Below are positions 1 through 12,432 of a DNA stretch of 40,412 bases, one piece after another. The first letter of the stretch is position 1, and each line of letters begins with the position of its first letter. The stretch covers positions 1 to 40,412 of the forward strand of contig JAAOMT010000742.1 of assembly GCA_016748015.1 (NCBI GenBank), read 5' to 3'. The notes under the pieces are model-generated. The model was not told where the DNA came from. It searched no databases and was given only the letters and a program-made list of their open reading frames with translations. This stretch comes from Geosiphon pyriformis uo1 (taxonomy: Eukaryota > Fungi > Glomeromycota). The position numbers and the translations under genes were made by a program.

Positions 1-902
1 TCATCTGTCACGTTATTCACGTCACAATGATCCCAAAGGCGCCTTTCAAAAGGTTATTAGTTTACGCGATCGCTATCATTTTCCCCAACATTTCTATCAT
101 CTGTTATAGGATTCATTTCGTACTCACAATTCTGATGATCCCCGATCTTTTAGTCTTTATTCACAAATTCAGTTTAGAAGTGTTTCCCGATTCATGATTC
201 TCAAATCTTAACTAAAAGTTTAGTGATTGATGCTACTTGATTACACCACTCACCCTCCACCACTTTAAGATACATCATACTTTGCTAAAGATACAGATAT
301 GCCATGCCCGAAATAAACCACAAGAATTGAATACCACTATCTTTTTTTGCTATTTTCTCCTCTGATTTCTTCCCGACTTATTTGTATTGCTTAATTTATA
401 AATAAAAAATAATCCGACCATTAGGCTTGTTTTCAAAACTTGATTAGGCTAATCAATTTTTGTCATATCCGAAATCAAAAGTCAAATGAAAAACAACCAA
501 GATCTTAGCCAAATTCAGAATATAATAAAGAAATCCACCAACCAATCTAATCATAAATCAAAAAATATAATAAGTAAAAAAAAGGAGTTTAACCCATAAG
601 AGAATGAAAATCCTAGGTTGAATATATTCCACACAAGTGTGGATTCCAGGAAAATCTAATAAGTCTAATTTCCCAAAAATAATAATAATTTTATAATGGA
701 GAAATCTCCAAAGATAATCAAAAGGGTGGGAATAATGGAAAAAAATCTGTACATTTTATATTGTTCATGGTTTAGAAATAATAATATATTCAGTACTTTT
801 GCGTTTTTGTAACGTGTATGGTTGTATGGTATAAAAATTCATAGGATAAAAGTTCTTGTTCGCAGATCATATCTATTACTTCAAAATGCAGAACCTGAAA
901 TT

Positions 903-3210
903 TCAAGATTCCCATTTTTTGAACATTCCAACGACATCATCCTTCATCTCGTTGACAACTTTTCGTCGAATAGCATCTTCTTGTTGACGAACAAGGCCCT
1001 CAAGCTGCTCGATTCGACGATAACTATCTTCAAGCATTCGAACCGCTTTAGCTAATCTCTCTTGTAAAATATTTGCGGCTTCTTTTGAATCACTAATAGC
1101 GACATTGATGGGTGGCAAGAGTAATTCAGCAAAAGAAGAAAACTTTTGATCCCCATAGGTTGTTGAAGGACTTAATGATGACCAAGATAAACTCCTAACA
1201 GGTGGCGGTGATCCTAGTCTACTATGTTCTGGATACTGTTGTTGTAAAGGGTGTGGATGAACACGGAACGTATCATAATGACCTGTCATTGGGGTATCAC
1301 CACTCGGCTTTCGCTTTGAACTCTTTTGAGGGGAAGAGGGCGTTGGGCTAGAGTTAGTCTGTGACATTGATGGGCCGCCCCCTATAGAAATACTGCGCCA
1401 TTTGATTTGGGTAGCAGAACTGGAATTACTATGACTAGATCGTGAATGACCATTTTGGCCAGAACCCTCCGCGGTCGGTAGATTATTGGGAAGATGACTA
1501 TATCTCATTTCGGGCATAGTGGTAGGAGAAGGATTCGGGGTGGGTATATGGTCAAAAGATTTTCCATTGGCTTTTCCAAGGTATAATAAAATCTCACGAG
1601 CTGGTGACCCATAAGGTCCAGCATGTCGCACAGAAGTTTTAGGAGATTTGCCACTACTACTGCTACGCTTATTAATGTCTTTAGTTTCTTTGGATTTGGG
1701 TTTTTCGTTTCCATCTTCATACATATACTGTTCATCATCCTCAGGCTCTTTGACCCAGCGTGGTCCACCGCCAACCTGAACGAGGCTCCTACGCGCAATC
1801 CGTAAATCTACTGATGCAGAATCGTCAGGATCGATTTCCATATTCTCCTCCCATGCATCCTGTTCTTCGTCATCATTTCCAGCAGATATGTCACTGCTTG
1901 CCTCCGAAAAAGTGACTTTAAGTCTTTTTTCTGGATGCTCTTCATTTCTTGAAGTTTGCTGATTGTCATGCTTTCCCAAATTTTCATTCTTATCCCCATC
2001 TTTGTCATTTGAAACATCATTATCGTTACCAGCATTTCGACGAGTATATTTCCTCTTCTTTCGTTTACTATTGGCACGTTTAATGAGTTTGAGTACCAAG
2101 TCATTATCATCAGCCTCATCATCGATATTAGTCGTATCTTCTGCACCAGTTGGATTTTTATGTGGTTCTTGATAATACTCATTCGGTTTGGATAATAAAT
2201 AGTCGAAAAAAGCATCTAAATGAATGGTTCGCATCCATTTCTATCAATGGGAAAATGGAGGGTAAAAAAAAAAATTTTGGTCAGAGAATAGATCATATCA
2301 TAAATTTTGCGCCGGGCAGTTTGATTGGTTTTTGGAACCATTATCAAATTAGTACTATTTCAAGTACAAATCGCGCTCGATCGATGATCCGCGACTTGCA
2401 TTAATCACACACCACAATGAAACAGGCTATTGAAACAGTGTTACAGTGCTATAGCAAGCTGAGACAATGTCACAATGTCGATCAAGCAAAGAAGGAACAG
2501 TGTACTAATCATACATGATGCATCATTTTTGTTACATTCACTGACCATAATTGAAATAACATTTGACAGTTTAATAACATATTTGAGAAAATACCAACCT
2601 TTAGCCTCACAGCATATTGTTGGATTTTTTGAGGGCTAGACTCGTCCGTTCGTTCAACACCCAATTGCTGGGCCAATTTTGTCCAAGTTCTAATTTCGCC
2701 CGATTCATGTTTACGCACAAGTTGAAACAATAGCCAAGGATCAAAAGTTTTTCCATCGGATTTTGGAACGGCGTGAAAAGCACGTTGCAAGGAACTGATA
2801 TCAGTCTCGATTGGTGCTGCTGGATTACAGTAAAAGATGAATTCGATATACCGGTCTGCAATATTCGATTCATTGATATCTTTTGAAGGAAGATTACGTC
2901 GTTGAATTGAAGGTCCAACTTGCTGATATGATGCAAGAGGCCTAGCCGATTGTATTGGAGAAGATTCTTGGTCACTGCCATTATTATTGTTATTGTTGAC
3001 GGGTACCATGATAGAAGTCGTCCCAATAGAAGTATCTGTTGGTTTCGTCCTTTTTGCAAGCCTTGTTGACTGCTTCAAATTTGGACTATTTGCTTTTTGT
3101 TTATTCTTTGCCTTCAAAGAAGGTTTAGTTAAAATATCGACAGGTTCCTCGGGATTTGTCGTAGTATGAGTAGTTGTAGCTGTTGGTGTTGTTGTTGGTG
3201 TTGTTGTTGG

Positions 3211-3245
<35 letters not shown>

Positions 3246-3573
3246 CTTTTTCACTTTTTTTCGTGTCCTCAGTAAGAAGACGAAGTTCTTTGTTTGTAGT
3301 ACTTGTGGTGGCAACAGCTACTTCGGTTGTAGGTGTGGCTGTTGTGGCTGCCTGTTTATTGTATGCAGTGATGACAGAGGTAGAAGTTTCGGGGTTGGTG
3401 GTATTTTTGTTACCGTTGCCGGCAGAAGTTGTGCTATTTTCGTTTGACTCCAACTTTACTTGAGTCTTAGGGTTTTCTACTTCGTTGGTTGAAAATTCTG
3501 ATGGATTATATACTATATATTCATTGATATCATTGGGCGATGAAAGTGCTTCTTGTTCTGCTGGGGAAGACAT
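903..3573 (-). CDS. abp2: ARS-binding protein 2 (Abp2 family) homolog; two exons (3573-2599, 2240-903), ~770 aa
   Basis: Splicing AAG|GTTGGT (2598) to ATAG|AAA (2241) joins '...YIEFIFYCNP...PKSDGKTF...EIRTWTKLAQQLGVE...QKIQQYAVRLK' to 'KWMRTIHLDAFFDYLLSKPNEYY' in frame. This reconstitutes the fungal Abp2 domain pattern (AVRLKxWM...HxDAFFxYLL). Basic NLS-like KRKKRK and a C-terminal coiled-coil-like segment are present. Confidence 0.88.
2241..2598 (-). other. GT-AG intron (358 nt, phase 0) of abp2
   Basis: Donor GTTGGT; acceptor TTGATAG preceded by a pyrimidine-rich tract; the join restores the conserved domain. Confidence 0.85.
3178..3243 (-). repeat. Coding (ACA/CCA)n trinucleotide repeat encoding poly-Thr/Pro in Abp2
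   Basis: (tgt)n with tgg interruptions on the + strand; translates to TTTTTTTTTTTPTTTPTTTPT. Confidence 0.95.
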
Positions 3574-6500
3574 AACTCAAATGGTTTAGTTAAGATGATA
3601 ATATTGATGATGATGATGATCGATGAAATGTGTATAGACACGAAAGACGAAAAATTTTTGCTAATAATGCAAAGGAAAGAAGTAAAGATGATTGTTTTGC
3701 AAAAAGTCAAAGGGTATTTATAAACAAACGGGCATAATTTCTGTTTAAATGACCTAAAATAGAAATATTGAAAAAAGGATAATAATGATGTCTAGTATTA
3801 CCGAATTTTTGAAACTTTATAATGTAAAAAGTTTCGAATTTACAATGGAAACACGTTAAAAAAGTTTTTTGATAATAAATAATAATATTAATAATGGCGA
3901 TAATAATATGGAAGGGTTAAATAATGATAAAATCCCCAGGTGACACAATTGGCTCTTTTCTACTGAATTGTGTACCCCTTACGTTTTGAGTTCTTTTGTT
4001 TGTAAAACTCTCAAATTTGTACAAATGTCCCCATTTATTATTCAATCATCATAATATTTATGTTAATTTTTAAAGAAAGAATTTATCATGGGAAGAAAAA
4101 ATTAATATTTGTATATTATGATATACCTGTTCCTATTATTTCTGTATATTGAAATGGGAAAAGATAAACAAAATAAAATGGCTTTTATTGTAAACTTTAA
4201 AATTTAATCCAATAATAATTCTTGAAGTTTAAGAATGAGCAATATTATTGTAAATATTTAACAAATTGGGATTCTTTATGTTTTAGAATTAATAAAATTT
4301 GCATTGATAATAAACTATAATTATTTATTAAATTCAACTATTGAGATTTAATTAATAAATTTTTTATTTTTTATTATTATAATTATCTGCAAACTTATAT
4401 TTATAAATCATCTTATTATTACAAAAATTTGATATAATTGTAAAATTAACAATGAATAATTTTGCTTTTAATATAAAAATTAAATATTATTAATATAAAT
4501 AACATTAAAACTTATTATACAATTATATAATATTAAAAGTTTTATGATTTTTCATTTATCTATGTAAATATAATTAGTTAACATTAAATAACAAAATTTA
4601 CAAAAAATAATAATTAAAAATTATATTATTATAATTATTAACAAAATTTAATTTTGGTTTATATTTTTACTGTTAATAATATTTAAAAATTTTATATTAT
4701 ACATAAAAATTTGAAATTTTATATATATAATATAAACAATAAAATAAATAATTTTTTTAAAGTGAATTAAAACTAAAAAACAATTAATTAAATATCAAAA
4801 TTATTAATTTAACTACGTAAAAATAATTTTATAATTTTTATTTATATAAATATCATATTTTTTTAAGATGATTTTATCATACTGTATATAAAATTAATAA
4901 TATATTATACATATTTATTATTATTGTTTTTTAATAGAATATTTTATTTATTATAATAGAATCATTTTGTTTTTTACTATTAATTAAAATATGTATTATA
5001 TATTGATTAATATTAATCTATAGTGAATTATATAATTATTATTAAATAATAATATTTATTTTTCATATTACTAAAATATATAATAAAAATTAAATTAAAA
5101 AATAAATATTATTTGTTTATAATAAATTAACATATGATTTTATTATAAAATTAAGTTTTTATGATTAAAAAATATTTCGAAAATTTGAATAATTAAATAT
5201 TTCATATTAATACATTTAATTTAATTTACCATTTAAGTATTATTTTTGAAAATAGAAATTTAATAATTTATTTTAAAATATAATTTTGATATTTGTTTTA
5301 AAAACTGAAAATAAATAATACTATTATTATTTTCTTTAAATTTAATTACATTTCGATCGAAATCTAAAATAAAATAATTATAAAATATAAGTTTCCAATA
5401 TTTATTGGCAATATTTTAACAAAAAATCATGAAATTAACTTGTAAAACACATAGGCGTCAAAAAATACTTATTTATTAAGCATCTTAGAAATAAATAAAG
5501 CTTCAGTTTTATTAAGACCTTATTAATTGTCAATTAAAGAAATAAATTTATTAAAATCAAAATTGGTTATTTAATTTTTATTTCAAACTTTAAATATTTT
5601 ACAAGTTCAAATAAACAATTATTTAAAATATAATATAATGAAATATTTGTTTTTTATAAATTTAAATTTGATAAACAGAAATATAATCAAAACCCAACAT
5701 TTTGATATTATTAACAGAAAAATTTGATCAAATAACTTGATTCTTATACAAACAATAAAAGTTTCAATAATAATATTGATAATTTTAAATTTATGTGTTA
5801 TTTTTAGTCATAAATTTCAAATCGTTTGATTTTTGGAAATTTAAAATGTATAAAACATGTATAACATTTTATTTATTAAATCATAATAAAAGCTATTTTA
5901 ATTGCATATTTTTTTGGAATATATAATGATATTGATATTGTAAAATACAAATTAAAATTTGTATTTAATATATATATAATTTTTTAGCCTAAATCTTTTA
6001 CCAAATCAGTTTTTTATTTTACAAATTTTCTGTTAAAACATCAAGATTAGCTTTAAAATAAATTGTAAAAAATAGTAAAAAAAATAAATATAAATTTATC
6101 ATTATGGTTTATTTATGAATCCATTTATTGGTTTATTTGCCAATTTTACAATAATATGTAACACTGTAACTTCTTAAGTTTTGCTGTTGAAAATATCTTA
6201 AGACCTTTATAACTTTTGTATTGATTCTAAATTTATGTACGTAGTTAAATAGAAAAAAATATTAATGCGTTAATAAAAATAATGATTTACTTTTGATTAT
6301 AATTTTCGAGGCAGAAATGACTGGACCTGAACCTTGTATCTCTTCGTAATACAGTAAATGTGATATTTCAAATGACGGAAAACTGTTATTTTAAAACATA
6401 TTTCTCATTAATATTAATATTAATAGTGGATGATTAAGATTTAGGAATTTAAGGAGGCAATTCTAAATCTTGTATGCTCGTATATTTGCACTAATTGATT

Positions 6501-7073
6501 TCATTTTTTCGCTAGTTTGATATTTTCTTTATTATCCAAACTATATTTTTGAATTTATCATGTTTGATCTTGGATTTTCAAATGAAATAAATAAATAAAA
6601 TAAAGTTTAGTAAAAAAACTTTTCTTAATGATTGATTTCCTTTTTAGACCAATTCTAAGTTTCTTAAAAAATTTTAAACGTTACTTGGGAATCACTAATG
6701 TAGCACCATGTTTTAAACTTTGGTGAATAATGTCCTATCAAAAATCAAAAACAAACAAAAATCTGGTTTTGACCAGCTCACATTTAGTCTTTTTGAACAA
6801 TGAACGTTTACCTTATTAGGGAAACAAAGATTTCTTCAACTAATATATAAAACGAAAAAGAAATCCGGTACACCAATAAGTGAAATGTGAACATGAAACA
6901 AAATATGTGCATTATGGAAAACATGAAAAAAACAAGGTTTGTTTATAGTGCATAATGGCCGAATAATGTAGATCTCGAATAGACGTTTCATAGAGATTAA
7001 AAATCCAACAATTTGAAACTTGATTAATGAAAACGAAGATAAGTAATTTTCTTTGCTTTTGAATACATGACAT

Positions 7074-7151
7074 ACTTATTTTAGTCTGAAATTAAAGTTA
7101 ATTTTGAAACTTATTTAGTCTGAAATTAAAGTTGATTTTTGAAACTTATTT
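7074..7151. repeat. 35-bp tandem duplication (2.2 copies)
   Basis: acttattttagtctgaaattaaagttaattttgaa / acttatttagtctgaaattaaagttgatttttgaa / acttattt. Confidence 0.9.
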
Positions 7152-7860
7152 AAACAATGTAAACATTTAAACTTTAAATGTTAATTGAATGAACAATGTA
7201 CCTACTCTTCTATTTCAAAATGGGGTTTTCCGAAAAAATTTCTAAGTTTAGGAATTTGAAATACTTTGCTGCCAAGAAAAGAAATATAAAATTAAAAGTG
7301 TGCTCCCTTTACAGTTCTTTGCAACCAATCGCAAATTTAGATCAATACTTTAAACTATATCATTTTCATTGTTTAAAATTGTTAAAAAAATGAGTCAAGA
7401 ACCGAGTATTTTTTTTATTTCATTTCGTTCCTGTTTTGAATTACTGAAAAAATAATTTGAAAACTCATTTATTTGAAAATATATATGATCAATAAAACAA
7501 TTTCTTGTTTCCTTATAACTTACTTTATATTTTTAAATTTAAAATATTTTTTAATACACATTAATATTGTTTGTAACGATGCAAATTATATTAATAAAAG
7601 ATATAGTAAAGCTTAATTAATCCTTTGTATTTTACCATGATTGCAATTATTATACCTGATTTTTTTATTTAATTTCATTAGTACTATCTTAAACATTTTT
7701 GCTTAAAATATTTATTTTTAACAAATTTATTGGCCTAATTTTTAAATTTGGCATTAAATTGTTTTTAGCAAATATATTATACATAAAGGTGTTTTCAAAC
7801 CTAGAAAAAAATCTTAAAAACCTATTCTTATAATTTTTTTGATTTTTAAACAAATGTTTA

Positions 7861-7885
7861 TTGTATTGTATTGTATTGTATTGTA
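7861..7885. repeat. (TTGTA)5 microsatellite
   Basis: Read directly from the sequence. Confidence 0.95.
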
Positions 7886-9300
7886 TATGTAACTTAATGA
7901 TTTGATTATATATGAAAAATATATATCATGCAATTTAAAAAAGTGATTTGACATAAAAATAAAAAAGTATTTTAAATTTAAAACAATCAAAAGCTTTGAA
8001 CAAAATGAAAATAAAGAAATTAAATTATTAGATCATGTATTGAATTTAAAATAATTTAAAAATTTCTATTGATTAAAAATTGTGTTTTCTAAATTCAAAT
8101 TTATTTGTATTTTTTGAAATTTTATATTATTATATATTACATGGATAGGTTTTTTAATAATTATTTAATTAAATAAAAATTGTTTCAAAGAACAAAATTC
8201 CGAAAAAAAAAGAAAGTTAGCAAACCTATACCATGAAAAATAATTTAATCAATCAAAGATCAAAAGAATAATATTTCTAAATAAAATGAATTTATTTTAT
8301 AAGTCAATATTTTATTAAATGAGGTTTTGATTGTAATTGAGTTATCAATTATTAAATAAAATTTTTGCCTTGTATTAAAATAGCAAATAATAGTTTATAA
8401 GTATAATATTAATTTATTTAAAAAATATTATAAACCAAATTATATATATATATGAATTTAATCATTTTATTTTGCATATAATAAAATTAAAGTATTGATT
8501 GCCAATTAGATTTATCAATTATTATTGATTTAAATAATCATTAATGAATTATTTTTAATACTTCTTTAATTGACAATGAACAATAAAATTAAATTTAATT
8601 ATTTTACATTAAATTTAATCTTATAAAATAAGAAGTGTTAATATCTGATCTAAATATCAAATAATAAAAACTAAAAAATTATTAGATCAAATAAATTTAC
8701 AAAAATACATATTATAAATGCATTCACAAATAATATCATAAAATATATTTGATTTTTTGCATCAAATTTCAAATTTATTATTTTTTTATAATTATTTACA
8801 ATATACTTTTTTTTAAATCTTTAAATCTCAAAGATTTTATCTAGAACTAAGATTACATCTTTAAAAAATATTTTTATTAACTTTTGAAGTAAATACAAAT
8901 ATTTAATTGAAAAATTTTGTGATAGAGGAAAACTTAATCGGGGGAAAAAAATGACAAGCGTCTTGATATACGAAAATTCACGTTTTTTTTTAATAAGACT
9001 GAAATATGGCTAGTAACCTGTGCAAGTTTAACATCTAAATATACAGTATTTTTCCGGATAGCAAATATAAGTCTCAAATTAATAAAACAAAAAAAATACC
9101 TATTTATTAATATCTTTATTGAAAAAAAATAATTTTATTTTTATCAATAAAAAAAATTAGCACTCGAATAAATGATATTAAAATATTACCTATTCATGAA
9201 TTTTGGATAAAAACTAAATAAATGTTTTCACCGCGAGGCCAGAAACGTTAAAATTATTTCATCCAATACTTTTTCTGAAAAACAGAAAATTAATATTTCA

Positions 9301-9302
<2 letters not shown>

Positions 9303-9334
<32 letters not shown>
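9303..9334. repeat. (ATT)n microsatellite
   Basis: Read directly from the sequence. Confidence 0.95.
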
Positions 9335-12300
9335 TGATATATCACACAAGCTAGTTAATAACCGTATCTTTAATCTCAAAATATAATTAAGAAATCCAAA
9401 GAAAAATTATCTTATAATTTAAACTTTGTAAAAATATTTCAGGCCTTGTATAAAAAGAATCAAATATACTTTATATATTAGTTAAATAAGAAAAAAAACA
9501 TTGATTAATTATATATACTCTTTTTATTTCTTTAAAATATTATAATAAAAGTAAATTTGATAACAAAAATAAAAAAACCAGGAAAAAAATTGGAATATGA
9601 GCGCGTGGATTGTTTTATAAAAGCATCAGCATTAGCGTCTAACAAAAGAAGATTAAAAATATAATTTGGAATCTTGGGTTTATACTCAAAGCTTTTTGAC
9701 TTACTTTTAGCCAAATCCAAAAAACTTTTTAATTCTTAATTTAAATTAAATATTTAAAATAATATAAAAACCAAAAATATTTTTAGACATATAAAACTTT
9801 AAAAGTTTTCTTGAATTTATTATTGAATATATACATTATTACAAATTAAATAAAAAATTAATTTTTATATACTATCGTAATTTGCCATTTAAAATATTCT
9901 GAATATATTATATTCACAAGTTAAATTTGATTTGTGTTTGAAAAAATAAATTGCCCAGCAGTGGATATTTTAAATTAGGGTTTTGTATTTAGAAAATATA
10001 ATATTAAGAGGGTATAATTTATAATGAAAATACAATATGCATTAAATTTTTCAATGTATAGATCAATTTTTTTCAAATGTATAATTTTTTTAATTATTCC
10101 TTTTTTTTAAACGTTAAAAATTTTTTACTAAATAAAAATTTTAATTATTATTATAACAAAACATAGAATAAAATTAAAAATAATGCAAAATACCAAATAT
10201 TTTACTGGAAATACAAATCTTAAAATCAAAAAAAAAACACAATTAAAGTTCATCCAAAAAATTGGCCATACTTGCTTATTTTGAAAATAAATCTAAACTA
10301 GCAAATGTAATACAGCAAAAAATTTTGATATACAGCTTATACAAATTTGAGACTTGATAATGAACATAAAAAGTTACTTCTAATATAAAGTCTTAATATC
10401 TAATACTAAATGATGATCTTGTTACTTGAGCTATATTTTTACATAAGAAAACAAAATTTTTGACGAAAAAGACATATTTTTATAATTTTACGCGAATATT
10501 GGTGATTGAAATAGAGTAAGAAATAATTAAATTGATCTATAAAATGCTACCTGTTTATCAATTACCATTGAATTACAATTTTACAAAAACCAAAAAGTGA
10601 TTTTAAAATTAAAAACGCATGAATTTTTAAGTTTCTACTACAGAGAATTACCAAATAAAATTTATTTATTAAAAAACCAATAAGTTTATTACTTAATATT
10701 AAGAATTAATATTTAATATTTATTTGTTTCTCTTTGTGTTTCAATTAATACTTGAATTTGTTGAGGTATAATATCAACCAACTTTATTAATTGTTAATTT
10801 GAATATGGCTTTTCATGTTCCTTAAAATAGTTATCAAGTTTTGAAAATTAATTGATAAATTTTTTTACAAATTTTCAATAGAATTGAAATCTGAACTTTA
10901 AAAAACCTAAGAAAGAATATGGAATTTGTTTTTAATATGAATAGTCAATTTTTCTTTTTTCCATTTTGTTTAAAAAAAAAAATAGAGTATAAAACATATT
11001 GTATACATATCACAAAAAATAACAATTTAATAGATTTAATCATTTGAGCACATAAAACGTCATTTCTTAATTTATTTGTAAAAATGTATTTTACATTTTT
11101 ATTTTTTAACACTTTTTATTTTTGATATATACTTTTTGAAAAAACGAGAACAAACAGTATTTAGCATTCAAACAGCAGTGCATAAAAATTCAACTTTACT
11201 GTAATATTGGCATGTATAACTGTTGAGAACAAATTACTTCCAATAGTAATTATTAAATTTTTTAACACTTCACATCAAAGATTCTTAACTAAAATAATGA
11301 TTTATTCAAGTCGAAAAGAATATATGAATAGTAATTAAATAATTTGGTGCATTGAAAATATATTAAATTAATATGCACTATTATTAAAAAAATTCACAAC
11401 CTTTATTGATTTTAATTCTTTTACGATCATTTAACAGATTCTGTTAAGCATAAACTCGATAAAAAAAATATGACTGTAATTGACTAGCAAACTTAAACTA
11501 TTAGACATATATATAAAATCATTCAATTCAAAGATAATTAAAATATTTTATAAAATATTTATTTATTATAATATCGCCATATATATATAATCGAAAATGA
11601 AGAGAATAAAAATAATATTTTATAAAATGAAAATTATTGATTCAGGCAATAATTTGGATAACTTTATTGAATAATTAAATATAATACTAATAATGTATTA
11701 TAATAAAGTCATTCAACTGAAGATTATAATATTGAAACAGCTTATTTTACAAATGTATAAAATCGAATTCAAAATATATTAAAGCCTATGAATAAGGCCC
11801 GGTACAATTAATGTGGAAATTCTAAATTGCAAATTAGGGTAACTAATTAAAAATTAGTTTTGTAAAATATAAAATTTATAGATTAACGAAAGACAGAGTT
11901 AATAAAAATTCACTAACAACATGAATTAGTTTGTTAAGAACAAATATGAATTAATATTTTAACGTAAAGTTTGTCAAATCAGCAAATAAAAAAATTAATA
12001 AGATATCATTTTGCAAGTTAAAATTTTATAAATTTAATTTTATCCAAAACTTTTTGGTCAATTATGATAGCATATAATGATATAACGAATAAACTCTTTT
12101 AACAATTTCTTTGAAAATTTTCTAGGTGTAAAATTATCAATTCATATTAGGATTACCGAGAAAAACTCGCCAGTTAGAAACTAAAAGCCCGACTGAAGCT
12201 TAAGGCCTATATCCAATTATACATTTCTGCTTATGTAAAACATATTAGCTATAGGAACTTGAAATTAAAAAATACTATTATATTTTTAAAAATAATATCA

Positions 12301-12432
12301 ATGTAATTCGACATAAGGTATATTTAAAAGGACAGGTCTAAGCTTGCTTTGATCTAAAAGCCCACGAGATTTGAGGGATGGTAGCTGAGAAAGTTAAGGG
12401 GGGTGATACCTTTTTCATTTCATATATTGATG

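Noticed and set aside
3129-3447. Poly-Gln (3129-3314 -) and poly-Cys (3166-3447 +) ORFs
   Set aside because: Alternative-frame and antisense readings of the poly-Thr microsatellite in abp2.
3754-3801. Possible 5' UTR intron of abp2 (GTAATA...TTTTAG on the minus strand)
   Set aside because: Only 48 nt and no coding constraint to test it.
6300-6480. GC-richer patch considered as tRNA or snoRNA
   Set aside because: No cloverleaf, T-loop consensus or convincing paired C/D boxes.
9041-9070. TACAGTATTTTTCCGGATAG, resembling a pogo/Tc1 terminus
   Set aside because: No matching inverted partner or transposase remnant found.
9532-9720. 62-aa ORF in a locally GC-richer patch
   Set aside because: Non-ATG start, no recognisable motif, no supporting exon structure.
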